A stretch of DNA of 64,000 nucleotides from Bispira polyomma (Eukaryota): contig OZ287751.1 in assembly GCA_965649765.1 (NCBI GenBank), forward strand, positions 69,812,001-69,876,000, in the 5' to 3' direction. Below, one piece after another: positions 27,901 to 38,548 of the stretch. Position 1 is the first letter of the stretch; each line of letters begins with the position of its first letter. The notes under the pieces are model-generated. The model saw only the letters and a program-made list of their open reading frames with translations. It was not told the DNA's origin and did not search any database. The translations under genes and the position numbers were made by a program.

Positions 27901-30900
27901 CTGTGGGGAAGTTTGTCAAGTACTTTCCATAGGTCGGTTGCTTAAGCACTGCTTTCTTCCACCATTTAATCTAACCATTGCGCTATGACCTAAGCTAAGC
28001 CCCATAAAAAACAGCTAAAGTCAACTAACTTGGCAACTATCAGGCCAAGGAAGTTAATATTTTGAAGTTAGAGGTTTTGGTATGCAACGTCATAGTATGG
28101 TTTCACCCACAGACGGTGTGGGTTAGCATCGGTTTTTACTTTCAGTTTTATTTCTTCCTCGGAGCTAGTTTACCCAGTGTTCCTGGGCCTATATCCCTGA
28201 ATATCCAGTATTTTGTGCAGGTTATTTTCAGATTCTCTATTCCCTCTTGTGTAGATATAAACATAGAGAACTATGAGTTGAGCCAGTTACCCAGGGAGAC
28301 TGTACAATCTCTGGAGGCGGACTCTTTTTGGTGCTTCTCCAAACTGCTGGACGGGATCCAGGATAACTACACGTTTGCCCAGCCAGGGATCCAGAACAAG
28401 GTTCACGATCTGAAGGAACTAGTCAGTCGGATCGACAGTAAGTTGACCTTGGTTTGACATCTGGTGGAAGATTAATAAAGTTTTGCCTTCCATGGTATAG
28501 TTTGTGCTAACACACTCGATTCCCACCTCTACTGTCATGAGTTGGATCTAGGTTCTGGCATGTAAGTGGTAAAGTTGCCAGTAGGCCAGCGATTTGTAGA
28601 GCAGAAAATCTTCACCAACTAACCAGTTATTATTTTCCTCCACCAATAAACTGCTGTTTATTAACTGTGGCGCTGAACTCCAACTAACCTATAGCCAAAG
28701 AATATGTTGAAAACGGCGCTTAACTTCCACTAACCTAAATCCACCATGCAATGCGCATGTGTATACTAGTTCATAGTATCGGGCATGAAGATAGAGGAGG
28801 TGTACAAAACTTGTCGAAAAGCAAATTTCGAAACTGGTAGGAAGCTATAGTCTGAAATTCACACCGAGTCTAAGGTTGAACCTCTGGGCGTGTCCAGATC
28901 ATTATGTCAAACAAACAGTATCATCCCGGTCTCGCTTTTGCAATTGTAGTATATAGCTGTAAAATCATTTTCTTTCGTACTTTATTAACAACTGTCTCTG
29001 ACAACAATTTCTATTGGTGCACATTTTGGGGTAAACTAGTGTTAACGTGTTCTCGAGTCCAATCAGAAAGTCGCTTGCGAAACCCCCCCCGGTCATTGTT
29101 AAAATAGTCTAAACAATGATCAAATACAGCGACTGACCTAATTTTATCTTAGGGGAGATGGGATTGGCTGAAAATCTGGTTTTGAAGTGTGATGTCAGTT
29201 TTGGGTGAAGGTCGTTTCGAGGATTTCGTTTTGAGAGCTTTCAACAACACGTGGATTTGCAAACGATTGCTTATATTTTTGAGGTTTGCCTCATAATATG
29301 CAGTAAAACGTGTAAGCAAATAAACTCCAGTATTATTAGGATTACACAAAAATGACGTTTGTAAAAGTACTGTTTCATTGTTGTGATATTTTGTGAAGTA
29401 AATGCTGTGAGCGAAAAATATGTCCACCAATGAAGTTCACTGTTTCGTCATAAAAACTCAAATTTAGTTTAAGTGGCCCAAAAATTGGCCCTTATGCATA
29501 CATATAGCAAACTAGTCAGCGGCCCATTGGCCGCACTGTTCTTTCTAGCACTGTGGCTGAGTTTCGTGCTCTACTAAGTACCCTTAAAGTTTAAATTATA
29601 GATCAATGAAAAAGATAAAAACTGAAATTATTGAGTTCCTAGTCTGGCATTACCAATTACAAGAAGATCAATACAAAGTGGCCATGATGATCGGCGATCG
29701 CCTAGAATTGACAGCCTTCTCTTATTTTATCCGCAGTTATTAGTGCTAGTTAATTGTACTTATCTAATCAATAACATAGCTATTGCTTTGAATGCAACGA
29801 AATACTGTCCTAAGTATAAATTTTATGGTGAATACATGTATTCATTTACAAATGTTGATGTATGGTAGAATAGATTTGCATCTATCTGTGGTCAACTTTT
29901 ATTCCACCAGAGCTCTTCGTTTAGTCTTGCTGATAAAGTATGTGTTCTGGTACCTTGTATTTTTGTTTTGTATTTGAATTTCTACTGAGTGTATTTATCT
30001 ACCTATGTCTGGTATTCAAAACACTAATTAACCTTTTCTTAACTGCCAATTAGCATGAGGGGGCCGCAGTGGCCTAGTAGTTAATGGCGTCTGCTTTAAA
30101 ATCACTTGCCTCTTACCTCTGGGGATCGAAATCCCACAGATTCTTGCTTCATGTGAGAAAGTTTGTCAGGTACTTGCCTTATGTCTGTGGTTTACAGTAA
30201 ACCTTAGCACTAGTTTCATCTACCACTAATCCTGTTTGTCGCAATATGACCAAAGCTGTTCAAAGCGATGTAAAACCCATATAAATTTAAAATCCAACTA
30301 GAATTTTGAATTTGCATATTTAACGTCCACTCTAGTACCTGTTTTAGGTTATATTGGGACGGGTAGTTGGAATCGCTGGAGGAAACACTGCATACAGTTG
30401 ATGAAGGTTCTGCACTGAAACCAGCGGCCCACAATAAGGAACTACCACCTTTCCCACATAGGCATCTTTAAAATCCAACTAGCATCAGTTAACTATCATC
30501 CCCCTAACCGAAAAAGAGGCATGGTAGTAACCATTTACCAAAGCCTTCAAGGATGTTTAGCCTGCCACTGGGAAAAGGACCAAGTGACAGAGGACACTGC
30601 TATTTGAAGTGGTCATTCAGGCTACTAGGTATCTGTATATCGGTCGCCCCAGGCTGGGATTGAATCCAGGTCCTCTGTGTTATTAAGTGAGTGTGTTTCC
30701 AATAGGCCACAGTGGCAGATAGATTATATAAATGTTGGGGAAAAAAGATTTTGTTTGGAAAAATAGAAGGTTCATAAAGTGAAAGGTGCAATTGTAAATA
30801 AATCAATAGAAAAACATAAATTTGTGAGAGGTGAAACTGTGTTTGTTAATTTGCAAGTTTAGAAATTTGTGAGAGGTGAAACTGGGTTTGTTAAATTGCA

Positions 30901-33646
30901 AATTTAGAAATTTGTGAGAGGTGAAACTGTGTTTGTTAAATTGCAAATTTAGAAATTTGTGCGAGGTGAAACTGTTTGTTAAATTGCAAATGTAGAAATT
31001 TGTGAGAGGTGAAACGGTGTTAAATTGCAAATTTAGATAACATAAATTTGTATAATTTTGACACTGGTTGATTGTGTTCCTACCAGAAAACCTGCACCAG
31101 CATCTGGCAGCCAACAATGTGGAGTACTTACAGTTTGCATTCCGCTGGATGAACAACCTGCTAATGAGGGAGGTCCCTCTCAGGTGTATCATCAGACTCT
31201 GGGACACCTGTCTGGTACGTAATCATGTGACCTAGTCACACTAGAGGCCTGGAATTGATCTAATTTTAAAGACCGTTTAAACAGAAGCATCGACTTGAAA
31301 AAATTGACCTGACAGCATTTGTTACTCCCAGAACCTATGTCTGTCGGCAAGCAGTCGATACCCCCCAAAAAATATTATTTTATTTTTCTTCACTTTCTCG
31401 CTGTACAAAATTGTTAGTAGACTTCCCCATTAAAAAATTATATAATAAGCCTGTTGTTGAAAGTCAGACGTAGCCTGTGGTGTGTGTTTTAGTGATTCCA
31501 GCTATCTGTAACCTTTAAATATTTCCTTCAGTTTCTGGTAGGGGTGGGATGGTAATGCCGGCATCGAGAGAGAAATACTTGCCAACCAAAAGTAAATATT
31601 ACTACCGGCGTATCGATACAATGTACATAAAATGGCGGGAAAACCTTGAAATATATAAACAGATACAATATATTCAGTAAGTATAACCTGTCATGCTACA
31701 TTTTGCGATTTCATTAAGTGGAAATATGTTTGTTTTATTTGGCGAAACTCACTTCCGGTGATAAGCTGCATTCGATTGGGTAGATACTAGAAACAAATAA
31801 TTTTTGGTATCCCGGAATCGGAATGGTTTTGCATCGGCGGGATACCGACATAAAAAAACTGGTACTCTCACAGCCCTAGTTCCTGTCAATAGCTAACTCT
31901 TAGGGTCAAAAGGGTGAAGAATCCTTTTGATAATTTTTACATTATATTTTCCCACACTCAGACACCATAATCATGGATAGGATTGCATCTGTAGAAATAT
32001 TCTCTACAAGGAACAAACTCCAATATTATCTCTCCCTATCACTAGCTAGTAAGTAACTTTGTGTTGGATTAGTAAGTTTGAGTTGACATTCAAAATGACA
32101 TTCTGCCTAATAAGCTTGAACTTTCCTTCTTTTATGAATGTTTAAGGAATATTGTTACTATCTTGACTAATTATTGATTCTGTTAGTTCTATATAATAGG
32201 CCTATTAATTTATAGTATAATACCTTTCATCTTATATTGACATAAATCAACATCATCGATAGATCATTCTTTTCTGATGTTCCCATGCCATACTCAAGTA
32301 TTCGGATATTTCTTTGCTATAATCATTTTTCAAGAAGATAAATTTTTCTGCTTGTCGAACTGTTTAAAATCACTGTTTCTCATATTTTCAGAATCATAGT
32401 ATCCGCAATGTATGTTCTGTTTTTGTTTTAGTCTGAGCCTGATGGATTCTCATCCTTTCACCTGTGTATCTGTACTTTTTGTGTTTTAGTCCGAGCCTGA
32501 TGGATTCTCATCCTTTTACCTGTATATCTGTACTTTTTGTGTTTCAGTCCGAGCCTGATGGATTCTCATCCTTTTACCTTTACGTCAGTGCAGCTTTCCT
32601 GCTAAGGTTTTCACAAGATGTACAAAGGGAACATGATTTTCAGGTGACTGTTGAGTTGTTTTTATTCTATATTTAAAGAAACCCTTTTATTCTGTTATTA
32701 AAAAAATCGGATAAGTAACTTTAGTTTACTCAGTTTTCATGCTTTCAACAGCTCAGGTTATATCACAACGGCCAGATTTAATGGTGAAAGAAGTCAGTGC
32801 TAAAGCCAATGTAAACCACCTCCCTGCGGCAAGTACTGGACAAACTTTCCCACAAAAAGGATTGAATGGGATTCAAATCTACGATTCTCTTGCTAATAGG
32901 CCAGTGCTTGTGAAGCAGCCACTTCAGACCACTAGGCTACACAAAATACAGAAATTTATGTTTTACAAGAAAAATTTAGAGAATTGTAGTCTGAGCCCAA
33001 ACCAGGCCCTAGAGACAGCCCTCAAAAGAGCACATAATCTGTCTAATGTAAAAGTACTGAATTAAGTGTAGTAACTTTCGTATTAAATTCCAGGTCAGTT
33101 TCCTGATTTTTAAGATAATCCTTGTGCAGCAACCTGCCTACATATCATCTATGCTGTCTCTCAGCCATCTAACCAGAGGAAATTGTCTCTCCACCTCTGG
33201 CTTCTTACCCCCCCAAAATCATTAAAAGTTGCAGAATGTGCCGAGAGGAATAGTTTCCTTACTAATTCTTTGCACTAAGACAAGAATTACAGGCTTCAGA
33301 AAAAAGCGTAAAAACACATCTGTATTAAACTAGCTTTTCCGTCTTTAACATTCATCTGCTGGTCACAACTGAACTCTGATCAGAAATCTTTTCTCCCATC
33401 GTACTATTCTTTTGCATACTGATTGGGATGTGTGCCACAGAGGATGCCTGGTCACTGATTTTAGAAGTATTAACATTCTCTTTAATTAGTGTTTTCCCTC
33501 TATCTTTACAGGGTATATTGTTGATGCTACAGAATCTGACTACACACCATTGGACAAACGAAGAGATAGGACTGTTACTAGCCGAGGCTTACAAACTCAA
33601 ATTTATGTTTGCGGACGCTCCGAGACACTTGACTGCTAAAAGCTGA
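12828..33646 (+). CDS. TBC1D22: TBC1 domain family member 22 (Gyp1-like Rab GTPase-activating protein), 13 coding exons, 1545 nt, 514 aa
   Basis: join(12828-12910,16688-16744,17568-17772,23146-23227,24300-24488,25171-25241,25841-25969,26669-26734,27424-27544,28255-28437,31087-31214,32548-32643,33512-33646). All introns are GT-AG and all phases are compatible. Motifs: FWKK..VPGSLKPVYGAQ, DAWEIGDDED, SWSGIP, R-finger IAIDIPR, Q-finger GYVQGINDL, EADSFWC, FAFRWMNNLLMRE, LLAEAYKLKFMFADAP. Confidence 0.96.
13445..14053. mobile_element. MITE
   Basis: GTGACCTATTTTCGTGGGT at left; ACCCATGAAAATAGGTCAC at right. Confidence 0.6.
14486..14800. mobile_element. MITE with ~65-bp TIRs (related copy at 2810-2980)
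   Basis: TGGTAGGAGACCAATTCACGCCTGGGTACCAATCAA... / ...TTGATTGGTACCTGGGCGTGAACTGGTCTCCCACCA. Confidence 0.75.
16688..16744 (+). CDS. TBC1D22: TBC1D22 exon 2
   Basis: TTTTCAG acceptor, LKPVYGAQYPP, GTAAGT donor. Confidence 0.92.
   Translation, partial: FKTSVWCSVSPKARTRAT
17568..17772 (+). CDS. TBC1D22: TBC1D22 exon 3
   Basis: SFQNFQLKTQDAWEIGDDED...VVQSTALQ. Confidence 0.9.
18673..21899 (+). mobile_element. 5'-truncated L1/Tx1-clade LINE (degenerate ORF2 RT and C-terminal Cys motif), in TBC1D22 intron 3
   Basis: SLLQTDYKILTKAL, DQVGYIPGR, RGIRQGCPISALLF, LADDTTL, SGLKLNLDKT, LSLKGRIT, HHLFEC; stops, frameshifts and an internal deletion; AATAAA and A-tail 21871-21899; near-perfect TSD GTGTT(G/C)TTCTTTT. 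Confidence 0.92.
20380..21255. mobile_element. 876-bp non-autonomous DNA transposon with TTAA TSD and GG...CC termini (Kolobok-like), nested in the LINE
   Basis: TTAA|GGCTTTAGTAACGTAAACACA...TGTGTTTACGTTACTAAAGCC|TTAA; removal restores the LINE reading FKWGIKDSPE..FC. Confidence 0.88.
22550..22837. mobile_element. piggyBac-like MITE (related copies at ~31260-31917 and 55402-55651)
   Basis: TTAA flanks; end TAGTTTTCTCTTGGGAGTCAAAAGGG|TTAA is the reverse complement of the start of the 55402 copy. Confidence 0.6.
23146..23227 (+). CDS. TBC1D22: TBC1D22 exon 4
   Basis: VLNNHSLQQAR...; AG/GTAGGA boundaries, phases fit. Confidence 0.88.
24300..24488 (+). CDS. TBC1D22: TBC1D22 exon 5
   Basis: ...DRESSKLEKFKTVL...; CAG/GTAGGT boundaries. 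Confidence 0.88.
25171..25241 (+). CDS. TBC1D22: TBC1D22 exon 6
   Basis: ELKKISWSGIPHQCRPTTWKILS; GTAAGT donor. Confidence 0.95.
25841..25969 (+). CDS. TBC1D22: TBC1D22 exon 7
   Basis: GYLPTNLDRRKMTLERKRQEY...TFRQ. Confidence 0.95.
26317..26546 (+). mobile_element. tRNA-derived SINE
   Basis: GGGGCCACGGTGGCCTAGTGG A-box, GGTTGAATCCC B-box, (TAAA)n tail, ATAAGGAT TSD. Confidence 0.85.
26669..26734 (+). CDS. TBC1D22: TBC1D22 exon 8
   Basis: IAIDIPRMSPLIPVFKQPLVQQ (arginine finger). Confidence 0.95.
27424..27544 (+). CDS. TBC1D22: TBC1D22 exon 9
   Basis: IFERILFIWAIRHPASGYVQGINDLVTPFF (glutamine finger). Confidence 0.96.
27815..28010 (+). mobile_element. tRNA-derived SINE, diverged
   Basis: GTGGCCTAGTGGTTAG head and a body shared with the 26317 copy. 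Confidence 0.65.
28255..28437 (+). CDS. TBC1D22: TBC1D22 exon 10
   Basis: EADSFWCFSKLLDGIQDNYTFAQPGIQ. Confidence 0.95.
30059..30285 (+). mobile_element. tRNA-derived SINE, tail-to-tail with a partial minus-strand SINE (30313-30465)
   Basis: High similarity to the 26317 copy; the adjacent segment matches the 47145 copy. Confidence 0.8.
30818..31036. repeat. 45-bp minisatellite x5 just upstream of TBC1D22 exon 11
   Basis: AAATTTGTGAGAGGTGAAACTGTGTTTGTTAAATTGCAAATTTAG repeated. Confidence 0.9.
31087..31214 (+). CDS. TBC1D22: TBC1D22 exon 11
   Basis: LHQHL...VEYLQFAFRWMNNLLMREVPLRCIIRLWDT. Confidence 0.96.
31539..31878. mobile_element. hAT-like MITE nested in a piggyBac-like MITE
   Basis: TAGGG...CCCTA termini; imperfect 8-bp TSD GTTTCTGG/GTTCCTGT. 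Confidence 0.6.
32410..32580 (+). repeat. 58-bp tandem triplication spanning the TBC1D22 exon 12 splice acceptor
   Basis: TTTYAG|TCYGAGCCTGATGGATTCTCATCCTTT with exon-like starts at 32432, 32490 and 32548. Confidence 0.95.
32548..32643 (+). CDS. TBC1D22: TBC1D22 exon 12
   Basis: SEPDGFSSFYLYVSAAFLLRFSQDVQREHDFQ; only the third of three tandem acceptors is in frame. Confidence 0.92.
33512..33646 (+). CDS. TBC1D22: TBC1D22 exon 13 (terminal)
   Basis: GILLMLQNLTTHHWTNEEIGLLLAEAYKLKFMFADAPRHLTAKS*; AATAAA at 34021. Confidence 0.95.
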   Translation, partial: GILLMLQNLTTHHWTNEEIGLLLAEAYKLKFMFADAPRHLTAKS

Positions 33647-35580
33647 ATGTGTGATCTGTGTGTAATATAGTAGGGGATATGTGTAAATATGTATTTATGC
33701 TTGTTATATAAACACTCACACACAACTGACCAGGCCTTCACATCAAAACAGTTTTTGTAGAATACATTTGAACCCCTTTTAAGGGAGGATTTTTACCTAA
33801 CAGAATAGCATTTAAAGGTAAATGTCTTTTGTGGCAGTGCAAATTTTTCTCCACATAAAAAAAATGGGAAATCGACTTAACAGACTTCTACTTAGAAGGG
33901 GTTCGACAGGAGTTTGATGAACTATAAATAGGTATGTGAGCTTCAACTCAGTGCCGATCGTTTGCATCGATTATATTTTTTTCCCACCTGCACAGACTCT
34001 ATTCAGAAAATGAATGCATTAATAAAGCACTAAGATCAGCCTGAAATCAAGTATTGTTTTTATGATTTTCACTTTATATATAAGTAATCCACGAATGATA
34101 ATGTTGTGAAACACTCTTTAACAAATATGAATTACGGATATACATTGCTATAGTTGCCATCTTTGACTAATCATTGCAGCGTTCTGGAAAGTTTCCTCTC
34201 TATATATATTTTTACAGGGTGTTGCTGTGCAATGTGTATCCGTCAAAAATGATATTTGGTTTTAGATACTGAACAAAAATGCTAAAAGAATTGTGAAAAT
34301 CTGATAAGAAATGAGATGTCATGTCAAACTATGTGATACAACAAATTGTCTTATTTGCCTAATAGGTTTGATGGGGTGGACACCCATCCACTCCCCCCAC
34401 CATCCAAATATTACATTAGGATGCAACTAGGCTGGTTTCAGATTGATCTATGTTGACCCAGGGTAGGGGACTTTCAGCCTAGGTTGTTACCTGGGTCAAC
34501 ATGGATAAAAGTCTGGCTACAGAGTGAGTTGTGTGGTGTTTATAGTAAGAGAACTCTATTTAGGTCATTGACAAGGTGTATATGGAGCCTTATCTGTATA
34601 TACATGCTTGTACATACTGCATTTGTTGTGCGCTAGTGCTTCAGTGTGTGTTCTTTGTGTATATAGGATAATCTGACATCTTAAGGTGTGTGTGTGTAAC
34701 AACTTTTGTGGAAAATGATGCTGTGGGTTTTATAAATCAGAAAATCTTTAATGTTTTTAGTTTTTATATTATAAGAGGTCATTTATTGATCATGTGATAT
34801 GAACAAAAATGGCATGTTTGTCATTTAAATTATTTTTAACGCAGCAAAAAAACACCTTTTAGCAAATTTTGTTGAACACCAAATGTTTCTGTTATGTCAA
34901 GTGGCCAGCTATCTTCTTTTTCCGTACTAAATCTCAGGAATGGCTTCCCGCAGGAAATCTGTATTTAGAACAAGTATTCCTGGAAGTCATGATCTGACCT
35001 AACGTTGACCTTGTTATAAAAAGATATTATCTGGATTATATCTCAAAAATGCTTGCATAACAGGAAGGTCGTCTGTGGTACAAATATTGGCCAAGGGATA
35101 TGAAGGGGATACATTTTACGTTTGACCTCATTATGACCTTTGAGTTTTGTACCTTCACTGAAAAATCTGGCAACATAAGAAGTTCAGATGTGGCAGAAGT
35201 GTTTTCTCAGAGAGGGTAGTACAGCACCCTGGTCTGACCTCTTTTTGACCTTGGAGTAATTACATTAAGGTGAAAAGTGTTAACTATATGAGTAACTGTT
35301 TGTCACGGAAAGTTAATATTTTGTACAAATATTGTTGAAAAGGGCTGAAAATACTGCTAATAATAAACCTGGAAGTTTTCATGGGAGACGTAAGTACAGG
35401 GGCAATATGGCCTTAAAATTATTTGAGGCTCTTTGGTAAAATGTAAACTTTTGTTGTGTTTGTTAAATGTGATGTACAACGTTAATCTTGCTTGATTATA
35501 TACTTTGTTGTTTTTCAAACTTCTCTAATAATCAACTAAAACCACAAAAACCTAAGTGACACAAAAACACTATGAACAAC

Positions 35581-35935
35581 TAGGGCCGAGTCGGTAGCAA
35601 AAATTTGTGTCCGTGATACCGTTTGTCAAAAACCATTCCAATATACCGCAAACAAAATAAACCCAAATACTGCCAATCAAATAGACCCTCCAGAAGCAGA
35701 AGTACGCCAAACCAAATCAAAACAATATGTGCGGTTTACCTAAAACGTAATAAAATCTCTCAAATTTTTATAATTTACTAACATAAAACCTATTTTTATG
35801 ATTCAATACAGATAGTTACTTGTTTGTTTACAGTAAAAAGCCTGCAGTTTCGAAATACCAGCATTGACTTTTGTACTCGCTCGGCACATAAAATGGTCCT
35901 GTACCGACTATACCGGCACTACTGACTCGGCCCTA
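35581..35935. mobile_element. hAT-like MITE (related partial copy at ~16221-16420)
   Basis: TAGGGCCGAGTC...GACTCGGCCCTA TIR; imperfect 8-bp TSD TGAACAAC/TAAACAAA. Confidence 0.75.
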
Positions 35936-36834
35936 TAAACAAAGTGACAGAAAGCTTCATATTTGTGACAGATGTTCAGTCGGGAATTTCTATGTTTCAC
36001 CCAGCACTATTTCACCCCATAGTTGTGGCGTTTAGATGCCTGTTCTTTATGTTCAATGATTTCATTTTGCTATTAATAAACTTCAGGGTATCATGCAACT
36101 TCATAGTGATAGTGTAGCATTTCTTTACATGCACAAGTATTTTAAAAAGAAGACACTTAAGAAAAAACTGCAGATCACTGAACTTGATTAAAGCAACTAT
36201 TTTGTGCAGCTGAAAATATTTAGATGAATATATCAGTGTGTGTGCATTTGACAAAGAGAAATCTCTTTATATTTTAAGTAGCTGAGGACAAATGTACCTA
36301 TTTGTTCAAAACAACCATTATTAGCCGTTGGGGTTTTATCGTTGAGCAGATGGCTGGGCCAGCATCCGTTTATACAGTTAAAACTTCTATTATCTAAACT
36401 TTGCTTATCCGCATGTTTGATTTTATAAACCCATTTTCACTGTCCAAAATTGATTTCTCCCTATTGTTTTGTACTAACATACTTGTTCTAAATTATGAAA
36501 TTTTATTATGCAAACAAAATCTTGCTCCCCAACGTTGCAGCTTGCTTGAATAATAGAGGTGCTATTATAGTCGGGAATTTTAAGTTTCATAAAAACGGTT
36601 TATCAGCAACAATTATTACATACAGCAAGGTGCAAAGTTGTAACAAAATTATCAATATTTGTCGCAAGTACACCCTTACCAAATGTGATACAAGGCACAT
36701 ACACAAAAGGAATCAATACTACAATATTGTATACCACCAGATAAAAAAAATCTTTAGCATTATTTTGTGATTTACTTTTTTAATAAAATTCAATAAACTT
36801 TTGCAAATTTTTGGAAATACAGAAAGTTAATGTA

Positions 36835-37005
36835 CAGTAGAACCTCTATTATCCGACCATATTGGGAGAGTAAGAATTTGTTTGGATAATAGAAGGTCTG
36901 TAAAATAGAAGGGGCATTTTAGTATAAAACAGTAGCAAAAAATAATTTTTAGAGAATGAAATTGAGTCCATAAAATCGAATAGTCAGATAATAGAGGGTC
37001 TACTG
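36835..37005. mobile_element. Tc1/mariner (pogo/Tigger-like) MITE; related copies near 1230-1395, 23310-23470, 36375-36560 and 37621-37801
   Basis: TA|CAGTAGAACCTCTATTATC...GATAATAGAGGGTCTACTG|TA. Confidence 0.8.
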
Positions 37006-38270
37006 TATTACAAATTGAACATCGATGTCTGGGTAGATCTGACCTCAAGATCTCTTATTTATGCGTAATTGGTGAAATTTTTGCTTGAATTTAAGCGCAT
37101 ATGTACATAAACGGAATCGCTGCGTCATACAGTTGTGCAATAGTGTGGTCTGACCTCAATATGGTGGATAATATTCATTACATTACCTTCACTTAGTCAA
37201 AGTTGAACTATTCTTCATTTCGGGGCTCGTGCTAAGTTTGAATTTAAATAGTTTATGCTGTTGAGTAGTGGTGCTAATACTTTAAACTATGATAAAATTG
37301 GATAAAGTGCCAATTTTTTTATTTGTGTTTATTAGCTCTTGAAGCCTATTGCTTGAAAGGACAAGGACCCTTTTCTCCCCAGGGTTTCATTCCAGGGTGG
37401 TATTCACAATAAGGGTTTAGTCTTAAATTTAGTACAAAAGTTTTGTTAAAACGGCAGATGTTCAGACAAGGCTGAATTGTAATTACGTTGGGTTTAAAAA
37501 GGACTGTAACTTTGTGGCATATTTGTTAAATGTAGTAATGTTACACTTAGTCATGAAATTACGAAAATTTCTACTTAATTGTGATGTTCAGAAAAAAATG
37601 TAAGGACTGGGATACATGTTCAGTAGAACCTCTATTATTCAAACTTCTATTATCCGAGTATTCAATTTTATGAACTCGTTTCCACCCTCTTTAATTTGTT
37701 TTCCTATTGTTTTGTACTGAAATGCCTCTTCTATTTTATAGATGTTCTATTATCCAAAGAAACCTGGATAATACTAATGTTCAGATAATAGAGGTTCCAC
37801 TCTTTTTGATAATCCTGTTTTAACTTGGATCTGTGTGCCAAATGTTTTTAAAATCCTCAACTTTAGATTTTTGTTTATAGTTTGAATCTACTCTTTTAAG
37901 GCTGTATGAAACAATGGGGGTTTAAAAATGTAAATGTTTTTAGCTGCCACATGAAGCTTTTGTAGGTCGACATATAATGTTCAAAGACAAAGCTAGTTAC
38001 GATGTAACCAGCAGCAATAAATCATTTTACATCAGAGAAAAGCTAGGGGATTTTACCTGTCATTCAGTTTTTGGTAAATTCCTCTTTTGGGTTGTTATAA
38101 GTTTTGAAAATAATTTTTTTTTTCCACAGAAATAACTTTTTTGCTTGTTATCGTTTGGTTAAAGCCTACCTTTGTGCACTATCAAACTGGTGAGAGTATA
38201 ATAGTACATAATTTACGTCAGTGTTAATAATACTCTACAACCACTAATAGCTCTGTACATCACAGCTTCG

Positions 38271-38548
38271 GGAGGCCGCGGTTGGCTAGTGGTTAGCAAG
38301 CATTGCGCTTTACAATCACTGGTCTCTCACCTCTGGGGGATCGGCTGGTGTTGGTTCGACTCCCGTTGATGCCTATGTGGGAAAGGTGGTAGTTCCTTAC
38401 TGTGGGCCGCTTGTTTCAGTGCAGAACCTTGATCAACTGTATACAGTGTTTCCTCCAGCGTTTCCAACTCCCCGTCCCAATATAACCTAAATAGGTACCA
38501 GAGTGGACGTAAAATATCCCAATTCAAAAAAACCAAAAAAAAGACAAA
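38271..38548 (+). mobile_element. tRNA-derived SINE (second subfamily)
   Basis: A-box TGGCTAGTGG, B-box GGTTCGACTCCC, A-rich tail, TSD CACAGCTT. Confidence 0.88.

Noticed and set aside
30803-31207. 134-aa minus-strand ORF with repeats
   Set aside because: It is the antisense reading of TBC1D22 exon 11 plus the 45-bp minisatellite.
38271-38365. tRNA gene
   Set aside because: The A/B boxes are followed by a SINE body, tail and TSD; there are multiple diverged copies and no proper cloverleaf.
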